Source of the DNA: Enoplolaimus lenunculus | Lineage: Eukaryota | Reading direction: 5' to 3' | NCBI GenBank assembly: GCA_030248215.1 | Contig: JASANG010002792.1 | Span: 310,001 to 374,000 of the forward strand | Length of the DNA stretch: 64,000 bases | Shown: piece after piece, positions 14,142 through 26,071 of the stretch | How the letters are laid out: every line of letters starts with the position of its first letter | Numbering within the stretch: the stretch's first letter is position 1 | The notes under the pieces: generated by a model | Told to the model about the DNA's origin: nothing | Databases searched by the model: none | The model's input: only the letters and a program-made list of their open reading frames with translations | Made by a program: the position numbers and the translations under genes

Positions 14142-14319
14142 TGTCTCTTCATGACAATTCGTCCCCCGACAACTTGTTACACACAATTTTATCGACTCGA
14201 CAATTCGGCGCCCATCATTATACTTAGGCTTAGACTTAGGATTATACTTAGATTTCTTACTAGACCTTAGGATACTGTTCGGCGGCAAGTTGTCGGGCGA
14301 CGAATTGTCAGTATAGGCA
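14142..14319. mobile_element. MITE family C with internal degenerate TTAGGC-like repeats
   Basis: TIRs TGACAATTCGTCCCCCGACAACTT / AAGTTGTCGGGCGACGAATTGTCA. The interior reads CTTAGGCTTAGACTTAGGATTATACTTAG. Confidence 0.7.
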
Positions 14320-15070
14320 GGAATCGGGACTTCAGACCTTTTAACTAAGCAGCTGAAAAAACGGGCCTCCAGAGCCTGAGCGAACACTCAGCTACGGATC
14401 CTTAAGCGAACACTCTACAACTGCCCACGCCGCTCGCTTTTTCTACTATTATCGTCGACTATATATGCCGACCGTCTGCTGCCTGGTAGCCTACAAACAC
14501 TGCACTGCACTATATTGACATGTGCACATAACGGACAAGCTGGTTTCACATGTTTAACACCAATTGTCGGCGATTCTCCGGCCGCACCTTGGTATCTATA
14601 GTCACTAAATTTGTGGAATAAATTAGATCATGTGAAAGAATACGCAAATAGAAAAACTTACAGCCTATTTGATCAGTATACTTTACACTTCATGCCTGAA
14701 TCTGCCAACTTGCATAGCTTACTTTACGTATATATTTTAGAACCAGAAATTTAGTAATAAGTTCTGTCTAGCTCCGTAATTTTGTTAAACACTCCAACTT
14801 GCTTTGTATCACGAAAATTATGACCGTATATCCAACTATGCGTGAAATTTGAGCAGTGGTGCATTTAGCACCCCCAATACTTTCAATACGGAACCCTCAC
14901 ACCCAAAGCGTTCTGACAAAGTTATGAAATAAGGAGTTTTTGCATCAAAAATTGTATTTGTTCGAACATGTCGTTTGGCTGTCTCTAACTACTTTGTAGG
15001 TCCCCCTCGGGAGTTTTGGGGACCCTCACACCTAAGTATAGCACTGACTTTCAGATTCATGGCATTATCA

Positions 15071-15148
15071 GTTTGTTTGTTTGTTGTTTGTTTGATTGTT
15101 TGTTTGTTTGTCTGTTTGTTTGTTTGTTTGTTTGTTTGTTTGTTTGTT
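15071..15148. repeat. (TTTG)n microsatellite
   Basis: Directly visible. Confidence 0.95.
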
Positions 15149-16947
15149 CAATAGCCTATTAATAGTTGATAATATGTGATGCACACAACGAAGAATACGG
15201 GCGCTTGTATAAACATTGAACTTTGTACCTCTGCTATTTGTTCCGAAAGCCCAGGTTTCAACTGAAGTTAGTTCATTAATATTAAGTCCGACAGCAGATA
15301 TGATACTTCTGACCCTGATAGGTTTTTTAAAAATGGCCCTAGCTGACTTAGGTTACGAATTCTATTAGGCAATATTTAACGACATAGCTATAATGCGCTA
15401 ATTTAAAGAGATCGGTGTAATCTCGCGAATTTGAACATTTCAATTTCAGCAAGCCGGTCATTTTGGTAATTGTCGTTTGTGCATAGTGAAGTTGTGCGGA
15501 ACAGGTAAACTTTAGATTGTTGTTATATATTTTTATTTTGAACTCTCTCGTTGGTCTTGCACCCCTTGGGGCCAGATGTGGTCGCTTTCCTACAGCGATG
15601 GGAGTCTCGGCAATTCTGTATCAGTCTCGGTGGTTTGGAATCGAGACCAGAAATTGTTGAAGTAAGTGATGGCTGATGAACAAAATTTTCTTGTGCAATA
15701 TGAAATTTCAGTTATGCAGTAATTACGAGCAGATATTCTGAAAAAACAAAACAGCTACGAAAAATAAATAACTATAGAAAGCACAAAAAACTACGAAAGC
15801 ATTAGAAATAATTTATTGGAAAATTAATTTTTTCGGTGATGACTGTAAGCATGTGAGAAATGCTTGCCCGTTATGTGCACATGCGATATACGCAGTGCAG
15901 TGCACTATTGTATGCTACACATAGTCGACGAAAAATGCAGTTGGAGAGGCGGGCTGCGTGGCGCAGTGGTAGAGTATTCGCTTAAAGATCAGAAGGCGAA
16001 GAGTTCGGTCTTCGCCCCGAGGCCAGCTTTTCCAGCTGCTTTGTTAAAAGCTCTAAAGTCCCGGTTCCTACATAGACTGACAGTGACCAAAAATTGACCG
16101 AAACCGAGACTTTTCTTGGCCGGTCTAGGTAGTCATGTCTCGTTTTTAACCGAGACCGCCCATTCCTGCTTTCCTACACTGGCGATATTTGTGCACATTT
16201 AAATTCTCAAGATGATTCTTTAAGCGTCTGCCTTTATGTACGCACATTATCATATAAGCTTTGCAGGTTTTATACCGCTGTACATCAGGGTTCCAACATG
16301 AACTACATCTTTCCGCAACAGGAACTGAATTTTTGCAGGAACAGGGGCCGGAATTTGAAATAATTTTCATCACCGAATTACTGTTGGACTTTTTGGAAAC
16401 TTGCCAGAAGATGGCTTAAAAGAATTTTCCTGCTATTTCATCATCAAGTTTTGCGAAAACACATTAGGAACAATTTAGTTCGTAACAAAATTGAACTATT
16501 GCAAAAACATTAGTTTCAACATAAAAATTTTCTGAAAGACAAAGTTTCCAATATTTAAAATTAATGATTACAATTTGTCGCAAGACCGTAAAAATTCCGG
16601 TTCCTGCAATTTTTGAATGCGGGAGCAGGAACAATAATTAAATTTTTGCAGGAATTCCAGTTGAAGTATATTTGACGCCACGATAAATCGAACCAGCGCA
16701 TTTTTCACATCTGGTTGTTTTGCTGCGTATAAATTTGCAAAATACTTGTTTAGATTTTGAAGTTTTCATCCCATATCTTTTTACCAAATAATTCCAATTT
16801 GCAAACATGCTTAAAACGTATTTATCGCACCCAAATTTATGTTCTTTAAAATATGTAATTTGCAAAATTTGCTTTCAAAAGTCGCAAAATGTGACGTTTT
16901 CCACACAACTCACAATTATACGGGCTTTCAATTAAAGTGATATATAT

Positions 16948-17366
16948 CAGGATACAACCAGAATTTCGGTGTTCATTTGCTTTAAGAATCGACGTCCAAT
17001 ACACAGGGTGCAACCGGATTCCTGTTCCGGCGTTTTTCACCTTCCGGTTGCGGCGTTTTTTCATCTTCCGGTTTCGGTAAATTTTCACCGGAATTAATAA
17101 TTCCGGTATTAAAGTTTGGTCGGTACAAATTAAGATATTTTGCTTAAAAATAACGATAAAAATGAAATAGATTTCATTCGTATAGTATACAAACCTTGAC
17201 AAACACCGAAATGAAACATTGAAGGTACATTGTTATCTCCAACTACGATTATTTCGCCAATGATATTGCAAAAAAACAAAATTAAAATGGTTTTTTCGGG
17301 GCATGTATTTTTCAATTTCCGGTTTCGTTTCAGGTATATAATTTTTTAAATTCCGGTTGCACCCTG
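16948..17366. mobile_element. hAT-like MITE, CAGGGTGCAACCGG family
   Basis: Outer ends are CAGGATACAACCAG / CCGGTTGCACCCTG, with an 8-bp TSD ATATATAT on both sides. A second TIR copy lies inside at 17004. Confidence 0.8.
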
Positions 17367-17432
17367 ATATATATGTTTAACAATCACTTAAATGTGGTAA
17401 AATAGTCGTAAGCTGTTCTGTATTTTAGCTCC

Positions 17433-18107
17433 ATGGATGAATGTTCGATTGAAGCTAAGAGACGCAAAATTTACTCATGTGCTGGTGCGTCAACGTCGGC
17501 AAACCGTGTGGGCAATTTTTATTCAGCCGTAGAAAAGTTTCTTCGAAAATTGCCATCATCCTTGCGTCTGTCGACATTCAGCCGCTCCTTTAATTCATCT
17601 GATGTCGCTACGCAACCAACAGGCATTCCTGCGCACGTCATAACAAAACTTCACCAGGAATTTGTGGATGGTTTTCAGATGCAAACGCGAACAAAGTTTC
17701 TGCATTTAATAAATGAAGCAAGAGTAGCTGACGCTTTAAAACAACTTGATACGCTGGAAAATAGATGTGCTGGGTTTAAAAGAGAAAGTTTGCGGTGGCG
17801 TCCTACTGGCAGCCCAGACACTGACCTGCGGGTCAGAAAAATATTGGCGTTAGAACGCTGCAGAGATCGACTGAGGAATGTGGAAGCTGCTTTAATGTTG
17901 CAGAAAGAAGATGTTGAGAAAAAAGTATTGAACAGTAGGCAAAAAATTGCGTTGCGGATTTCTGAAGCTGATAGTCGTATTAGCAGTGCCTTAGAAGCTA
18001 ATTCATGGACTGCACAGAATCCCAAAAATACTGTCAAAAAGACTTTTAGTCCTGACTTATACCAGGTCCGTCTTGTGCATCTGTGCACAAAAATGGATGC
18101 TTTGTAA
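17433..18107 (+). CDS. PMF1: PMF1/Nnf1, Mis12-complex kinetochore subunit; apparently single exon
   Basis: The 224-aa ORF has SANRVGNFYSAVEKFLRKL, INEARVADALKQLDTL and WRPTGSPDTDL. These parallel the recalled PMF1 motifs SRV..LD..VDTFLQKL, EEGNLEAVLNALDKI and WRPSGIPEKDL, and are followed by a coiled coil. An acceptor-like TTTTAG lies 4 nt before the ATG. Confidence 0.85.
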   Translation: MDECSIEAKRRKIYSCAGASTSANRVGNFYSAVEKFLRKLPSSLRLSTFSRSFNSSDVATQPTGIPAHVITKLHQEFVDGFQMQTRTKFLHLINEARVADALKQLDTLENRCAGFKRESLRWRPTGSPDTDLRVRKILALERCRDRLRNVEAALMLQKEDVEKKVLNSRQKIALRISEADSRISSALEANSWTAQNPKNTVKKTFSPDLYQVRLVHLCTKMDAL

Positions 18108-18297
18108 TTTCATCTAATTATTGTGTTTGTACATAATATAGTAGCATGAATTTTGGACCTCCGGTTAGAGCATGTGCTACATTATATAAAATGCCTGAGC
18201 CGAGTAACGAATTTTGCAATGAATAAAACAGCCACCACCATACATAGTGCAAAATACGAGAATGAAATTACCGGGTTTTCCAGTGATCATGTATTTG

Positions 18298-18755
18298 CAG
18301 GGTGCAACCGGAATTCCAATTTACCGGAACCGGATTTTCAGAAAAATTACCGGAAACGTAACCGAAACCGGAAAACGAAAGATGTATGCCATCGAAAAAT
18401 TCATTTTAATTTTCTTTTTTGCAATATTCATAGTTAAATAACCCTAGCTGGAGATTTGTATTAACATCATTGTTGTATTTTTAGATTTTCATAATCCACG
18501 GAAGGAAAATCTACCTTCGATTGTATATTTTTGGCGATTGTCAAGTGCATACTATACTAATGAAATCTATTTTATTTTATCGTCATTTTTTTAGTAAAAT
18601 ATCTTAATTTCCACGGACCAAATTTCAATATTATTAATTCTGGTAATAACTTACAGGAAGCGGAAGGTGAACAATGCCGGAAACGGAATTCCGGCTGCAC
18701 CCTGTGTGTACTGGACATCGAATCTTAACACAAATGAACATCTGGTAACATCTTG
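18298..18755. mobile_element. hAT-like MITE, CAGGGTGCAACCGG family, inverted relative to the 16948 copy
   Basis: CAGGGTGCAACCGG at 18298 and CCGGCTGCACCCTG ending at 18704, plus the same extension of about 50 bp seen in the 16948 copy. Confidence 0.78.
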
Positions 18756-18946
18756 TAAACTGTTAAGACAGACAAAGTTGTGTAATACTAAGTAATGTAG
18801 CAGATAAATATAACGTGTCGAAATTGGTGGCACTGCGCAAAATGACTCATATGCCATCATCGGTAAGTTGAAATGTGTTTAATTTCACTTGGTGGCGCGT
18901 GACATTATAACCGTTGTTCGGAAATGGAATTTGTTATATGAGCAAT

Positions 18947-19270
18947 CAGGGTGCAACCGGATTACCGGGAAGTGAAAAATACATGTCACTGAAAAATTCA
19001 TTGTAATTTTCTTTTTTTGCAATAGTATTTATTTAATAACCATCTTTGGGGATAGGTATTCCACGGAAGCGAAATCAATTTTTATGGTTTATTTTCATCA
19101 GTTGTCAAGGTTTATATACTATAGTAATGAAATTATTTAATTTTTATCGTGATTTTTAAGCAAAATATCTTAATTCCACCGACCGAAATTTAATACCGGA
19201 ATTTTTAATTCTGGTATAAATTTATCGGAGCGCGAAAAAATGCCGGAACCGGAATTGCGGTTGCACCCTG
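18947..19270. mobile_element. hAT-like MITE, CAGGGTGCAACCGG family
   Basis: TIRs CAGGGTGCAACCG / CGGTTGCACCCTG with a perfect 8-bp TSD TGAGCAAT. Partial copies start at about 19578 and 21724, and an inverted one ends at about 24970. Confidence 0.88.
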
Positions 19271-19752
19271 TGAGCAATTATTTTTTGTTATGTATTGTGT
19301 TATTTATGGTGTTGAAAAATGATGGATTGTTTTTTAAATAAAGATAGAGTTAAAACTGCGGAATGCTGTAAAGCGTGGTGTCTGTGACATTGTAACACTA
19401 AAGACAGGCAACAAGAACAGTTAGAAACTAAAACGAAATGCAAAGACAACTGGCCAACCGGTGGGACACAGCATTTTTACGTTTAGTAAACGAAGGTATT
19501 GGTAGCACTACAGACAATAATAATTCTCTTATACCGCGCTTCGTCTTACAACAATCTACAGATTTATACGTAGTAACCAGGGTGCAAATGGAATTACGAT
19601 TTATACCGGACCGGGATTTGAAAAATACATGCCACCGAAAAATTCATTTTAATTTTCCTTTTTACAGTTTTATTGCTGAAATAACCCTAATTGGAGATGG
19701 GTATTCACGTTATCTGCTGTATTTTAGATTTTCATGCCATAAAGCTAAATCT

Positions 19753-19840
19753 ACCTTCATTGCAGTGTGGCAACAAAGACGGATGTAGGTTTTTGCACCT
19801 TCATTGCAGTGTGGCAACAAAGACGGATGTAGGTTTTTGC
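19753..19840. repeat. Perfect 44-bp tandem duplication
   Basis: ACCTTCATTGCAGTGTGGCAACAAAGACGGATGTAGGTTTTTGC occurs twice in tandem. Confidence 0.95.
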
Positions 19841-20429
19841 CGGATATTAAACCGGGGTCGTATTTCCGATCAATCTTTACTTAGTAACACAACAGTATAT
19901 ACCTGCAAAATCTTTCACAAACTTAGTTTGATTATTTTGATAGCAGGGTACATCTGGAATTATAAAATATCGGAACCGAAAAACAAAAAATACTTGTTAC
20001 CGAAAAATTTATATTTAACACTATTTTATCGCGTTAAGGATATATTATACCAAAATCCGGAATCAAATGTAGTATCTGGAAACGTATGATAAAATATGGA
20101 GTATGGCACAAATTGAAAACTAGCAATACATGCTCAGACAATTTTAGAAAAATAAGTTAGAATAAGATGCCAATTTTTCTTAAATTTTTGAATGAGAAAA
20201 TTGAACCACATTTTTGAATATTTCAATGATGATTTTAAATTTCGATTTCTTAAATTTTGAAACTTTTTGCATATGTGAGTTTCTCATGATTTGCCTGATC
20301 ATTTCACACCCAAATTAGAATTTTCGAAAAATTCGATTTTTAAGGTACATATCCCCTATGCGACCCAAAAAAATTTATACAAAAGTTTAGCAAATTTTAT
20401 GTACCATTTGATGCAACTTGCGGAGCTGA

Positions 20430-22118
20430 CGCGTATTCACGTTATAACCGGGGCAGGCGGGTCACGGTTTGCCCATATGTTGATTCGACGTCAACGTTAA
20501 AATTCAGGCCTTTATATCGGGTCAACAGACAAAACTCGGATATCATATGACATTAGCTTAAACAGACGATCTCAAATGATCACTTGCCGGAGGTGAGGCG
20601 AAATTTGGTAGTAAAAATGATAGTTAATTTTTGCAATTATCAGCAATATGTTGCTAAGTTGTTTTGGTTTTGCGCTAATTTTCTGTGAAATTTCGGAAAT
20701 TCTTTCCAGAAAATTGTGACAAAAGTAAAACGAAACGAGCTAAACAGATAAATTTTGCAAAAGTCTACTACCGAAATTGCCGGAACCTCCGTCAAAAATT
20801 CTACCTTAGCCGGAGTTCGATTTCCTGCCGGAGCCGGAGGCAGACCTCCGGTTGTATCCATGACCGGTATGTACTTGATACTGTGACATTTATGCGAATA
20901 TAATAATATTCCAAGATTCATCGAATATGATGATATTCAGCGGGACAGTGTATATACCTAATCTTTGGGTATGCTACTAAAAGAATAGATAGTTGGACGG
21001 CAGAGGAACAAATGTGCTTTAAATACCAAATACACGCCTGCAAATCGTTTTCGAGAAAAAATCGCTTACAACCACAGCTTCGGAACTCAAACATTCAAAT
21101 TCTAGTATGATATATATTCAGTAGGGCAATCTGGGTATGTTACCTCAAGGAGTAGACATTTAATAACATATGACATTCGCAGACAATAACCTAGAATAGG
21201 GGAAGTATGCCTAATATGGGTAAGATCCGTGTACACACGTAATTTGGAACATGTTTTATGGTACTTATAAATATGGGTAATTGGTTTGTTAATACAAGGC
21301 GAAGGTGCGTAATATGAAAAGCTGGTTTTGGAAGAGGAACCTGCAGTTAAACCTGCTCATAACAGTCAAAAGACGGAATACAACTGCTACCTTTGAAGTA
21401 TAACAGTACGGTGTACGTTTCAAACTTCCCTACAGTGCATAGGGCGGTGTTGCTCTCATGCGCTGTCCAAACTGTCACATCTGTCCAAACTGTCTCATCT
21501 GTCCCCGCTGTCCCGTCTGTCCCACTGTCTCATCTGTCCAAACTGTCTCATCTGTCCCAACTGTCCCGCTGTCCCAATTATATTTTTTGTATGTACTCCT
21601 GGTACATTGCTGTCCCGGAAAAATGGGACGGGTACTCCTGGTACATTTCTGTCCCGGGAAAATGGGACGGCCTTTAGGGTAGCATTGGCCAGTCGCTTCA
21701 TAATTAAATTTGAAAGTGTATAGCAGGGTGCAATCGAAATCGCGGTTCCGGTTCCGGCAATTTCTGACCTTCCGGTTCCTGTAAAATTTGTCCGTTCGTT
21801 GCGGAAGAAATATATGTAGAAAAAATATTTACATGATTAAGTGTAATGTTTAAAGTTCTACGATATCAGAAACACCTTCATGCGATTTTTCGTTCAAGTG
21901 ATCCGCCTAAAAAACAGTGGGTTACCCATATTACGCTACTACCCATATTAGGCATACTTTCCCGATTGAAGAACAAAAGGTGACCCACGCATAATAGCAG
22001 CCAAATACGAATTTTTAAATACGATACGGGGTCATAAGCCGACAGAATGTTGAGTACCCAATAGTATAATAGGGACAAAACGTGTCCCAAGCTGCCCCGG
22101 TTATAACGTGAACCTCGC
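20430..22118. mobile_element. TIR element (..TTCACGTTATAACCGGGGCAG..) expanded by nested insertions; a compact copy lies at about 52088-52293
   Basis: The left end ATTCACGTTATAACCGGGGCAG and right end CTGCCCCGGTTATAACGTGAA match the two ends of the copy of about 200 bp at 52088. The interior holds other repeats, including CTGTCCC arrays at 21460-21670. Confidence 0.6.
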
Positions 22119-23297
22119 ATGAGTCCGCCGGTGTTACATTTTTTGCACTCAGACGATTGGTTAACGAATTATGGTGAAAATCGTTGGCAGCGCAAAAATT
22201 CAGTTAAACATTTAACAATAACTCGTTAACCAAACGTCTGATTACAAAAAAATTAACACCATTGGATTCAGCTCAAGCTGCATCGAACAATATATAATTT
22301 GTCAAAATTTTGACAACACTTTTTGTGTCCCAAGCAGGGGAGGTTATGAGGAGCCAAATCGATATTATGTTCCGATTCCGATACAATAACACTACACAAA
22401 AAATAAGTTGTCTTGTATTCGAGAAAAATTGCCTGCAATTTTTAACACAATTATGTCATAATACAGAATCCAGACATATATGTCGTGAATTCCAGACTTT
22501 TCTTGTTTAAATTTTTCAGAAATATGGGTCTGAAAGTTTTGCCTTAAATGTCTTAAGTTTAGCACTTTGTTTTATGAACGATTAAGACGAATATTTCTGA
22601 AATATAAAACATAGGTCTGAAATACAAGACAAAGATTTACCAGAGAATCCGACTCCGAAATGGGTGCTAAACATCAAGCAAATACCCTTATTTTACAACC
22701 TAAGATACATCCAACCGAGACATAAACTTAGTTTGGGGGAGTCTGAACCCAATCCGAAATGAGTTTGATTTACAAACATAAATTCTGACAAAAATCGTCA
22801 AAAATTTAGTTCAATAACCTCACTGAGGTTTGAATACACAATCTCTTTTTGTCAGCTCCAGCTACTTTAGCGGTGAAACAATACAGTTATTCCAAAAAAA
22901 TAAACAATAACATTTCAGGTATATGGCGGATATCCAGATACATATTTCGTTTCGAATACATATCCGGATATTCTTTATATCCGGATATCTGGTGCCCTTT
23001 TGATCTTCGTTTCAGGTGCATACATTCCGGTTGCACTGTGCTCAAGGAATACGGTTCGTCACTCGCTTGAGAGTTGAAATTGTACTTTATTCTGCTATAT
23101 TTTAGTCGTTGCTCCTTGCCTCATACGGTTAATATGTTTTGAGTGCGAACAAAAGTATAAATTGTACAATGCGCTGTTTTTAAACATTCACGGTATTTGT
23201 GGTGACATGTGGGTTTACCAGCGTGTAAACAGAGTAAAAATAGGTCCTTCTTGGACAACGGCAGGAATTAAGACAACAACGTGAGTATGCAAGCCAG

Positions 23298-23628
23298 AGG
23301 TCAACAAAACTTGCCGGAGCCGTAAGTGAAGCCGAAGGTGAGGCGAAATTCAGTATAGTTAAAAAGATATATATCTAATTTGATAATTTTAACAAATATC
23401 TGTAATTAACGTGTTTTTTATAAATCATTTGGTTTTTACGCATATTTTTACGAAATCTGGCAATTTTTACTCAAAATTGTGCCAAAAGTTACAAAGAAAC
23501 GATACAAAAAAACAATTTCATAAAACTATACAAAATTTTACAACCGAAATTGCTAGAACCTCCGGCAAAAATTCTACCGGAGCCAGAGGTCCATTTTCTG
23601 CCCGAGCCGGAGGCAGCCTTCCGGTTGT
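23298..23628 (+). mobile_element. Interspersed repeat of about 330 bp; other copies at about 20575-20855 and 25478-25805
   Basis: Shared start GGTCAACAAAACTTGCCGGAGC..GAAGCCGA and shared end AAAATTCTACC..AGCC.GAG.TC.ATTTTCTGCC...CCTCCG. Confidence 0.7.
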
Positions 23629-26071
23629 AATTATTTTTTACTGCAAAAATCAGTGTCCGTTTCCTTTTGGGTTTATGTTATAGAATGACCGGAAATTCCG
23701 CTATTTTATGCTTTAAATTAATAAGAAATCACGTGTATATATCTTATAGTTTTTCATTACAGATATGCTACAATTGTACTCTATGTGATATATTCATTGT
23801 GAAATTTATCCAAAATCTTAAAAAATTTTGGTGCATTCGATATTTCAGTTTTTTGTTTCCATTGTTTTGATCACTATCCGCTTCCGTTATATATTTCTAT
23901 GTGAACACTGTGCCTAAATTGCAGTTTAATCCAGCCACTGGTCCACAATATAACAAGGTTCACGAAGTTTTCCGAAAACCATGCAGTCTTAACCCCGTTA
24001 GAATTACGTCAAAATTCACCAAAAGCCGTGCAATCCTAACCCCGTTAGAATGACACGAAATTCCTGCCAAACTAACCCCGTTAGAATGGCTTTCTCCGGT
24101 TTAAGAACAGTGAAAGTAACTCCGTCAGAATCGCTAAACTTTTCCCCAAACTCCGAAATTCCCCAAGTCTCCGTTACTCCATAAGTCCTGGTATTAAAAT
24201 TCTGACCAATCCGCGCTATGCGCTATCCAAAACAACTTAATCCCTTAGTTTCCTTCACATGTCCGCCTCAGTGGCAGTCTTGACATTCCAATCACTCCAC
24301 TTACTAAACGAAAATAACCTCCAATTCCACAAAAAGTCGGCAAACTTGTCGTAAAACCAAGTGTGAAAATACGCTGCAACTTCAACATAAAACTAATCTG
24401 TTAATGGATTCGGTCCTGGCTACCTCTCTGGGCGTCTCTACCTAATTTGCATACTTCGACCGACACCCACAACTGGTGTCCGTCTATTCAGCAAATAGGC
24501 TTAAACAACCCCAACAATAAACAATAACAACAATCGAGACCATAAGGTGCTGGCTGACATAGCCAGGTTATGTCCTTTCGCATTCCAAACCACTTATCAA
24601 ATGTTAAAACGGATAGTGATCGAAATAACAGAAACGGAACCGAAAATCGAAAACGGATAATGAATTATAAAAGTTGCAAAGATGTTTTTTGTTGCCAATT
24701 GCCAACATATTTGAGACGTACAAATATTCACCTTGCTTCCCAAAATATCAAGAAAAATATCAGATCCACCGAAATGTTTAAAATTATTTATGAATTTGGT
24801 AATTTTTATTTCATACGGAAAATTTGCCGCATAACTGTACTGAAACATTGCGAGATATATACGTGATTTATATAACTAATTTTGAGCTTAAAAATAACGG
24901 AATGTCTGGCATTTCTATAACAGAAACGAATACCAATTTTTACCGCAAACGCATATCCGATTACACCCTGAATATTTTAATACGAAGATATTGTTGTTAA
25001 GCAAATTAAATGATATTTTAACTGCCTTGTTTTTCTTCGCCTCCTTGTTAAGCGACATATGCTGACATAGGTTTCAATTTTTTACCTCCCATACACTCAA
25101 TTGTCATGAATAAGAATTTGTATTTAAAAAATTCAGTTGTCAATTACGACAGCTTATGGTACAACATTTGAGGACTGCTGGTTGTATACCCAGCCATGGG
25201 GTCACCGTGGTTTTGCGTGGACTTGCAATCAGGTTAAAAATGCGCGATATCTGTTTTTGGTAATCTTTGAGTCCGTTTGTGTTTTCGAGATAGCGACGAT
25301 TCCGTTTATGTGTTTGTTCATAATTGTTTGGAAATGACTAAAGTCCGTCAGCTAGTTAGCTCAAAGGCTTCAAACTTCTATTTCAAACAACAAAATTCAT
25401 CTCAATTCGTATGAAAATGTAGGATGAATCCGCTATTTTATCTGCAGTATTTTAGAAAGTCGGAAATGTAGATCCCAAGGTCAACAAATTTTGCCGAAGC
25501 TGCAGATGAAGCCGAATATCAAGCAAAATTAGGTAATAAAAACGGTGTTTTTGTCGCTAATTTTATCAATAATCCGCACAGTGTATGTTGCTAAAACTTG
25601 TGTTTTAAGTTTTTTAAGGAATCTCTAAAATTAGACGCTACAAAATTGCCCCAAAGTTACAACAAGCGCGTTGAAAAACGCACTTTTTGCAAAAAAACAC
25701 GAAAAATGTCACTACGGAAATAACCCAGGATTCTGGCAAAAATTCTACTGGAACCAGAAGTCGATTTTCTGCCGTCGCCTTACCCGGAAGCAAACCTCCG
25801 CTCATACCCTTTATTGCCAGAAACAATCAATTATAGCGTGACACGCTATATTTTTCGTTTCACTTATTTTGATCAAGTATCCGTTTCTCTTATAATAACA
25901 ATTCGTTCACATGCATTGCCTCCAATTAAAACAATAATTGCACTCAGATTATGAGTAAAAAGTGAATATTCATTTTAACGTTTCGACTTTTCATTCAAAA
26001 TTTCAAACAAAAAGCAAAATTTCAAACAAAAAGCGGAAGTCAAGCCCTTAAAAATCGTTTTTTGTCTTGTA

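Larger units (their letters stand above)
12530..16075. repeat. Local cluster of 5 copies of a 250-330 bp repeat with an internal tRNA-like segment
   Basis: Approximate copies: 12530-12760, 12780-13030, 13783-14108, 14320-14555 (inverted), 15845-16072. Shared blocks are CGTTATGTGCACATGCAATATAGTGCA and CTTTTCCAGCTGCTTAGTTAAAAAGGTCTGAAGTCCC. The best tRNA-like segment is at about 15950-16025. Confidence 0.75.

Noticed and set aside
15950..16025. Functional tRNA gene
   Set aside because: The stems pair poorly, there is no clean anticodon loop, and it is embedded in a diverged repeat family.
16948..18755. Composite transposon capturing PMF1 between inverted MITEs
   Set aside because: The left copy has its own TSD (ATATATAT), so it inserted independently. 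The shared outer flank is part of the element.
23985..24135. CRISPR array
   Set aside because: Eukaryotic context, repeats of only about 15 nt, partly related spacers and no cas genes.
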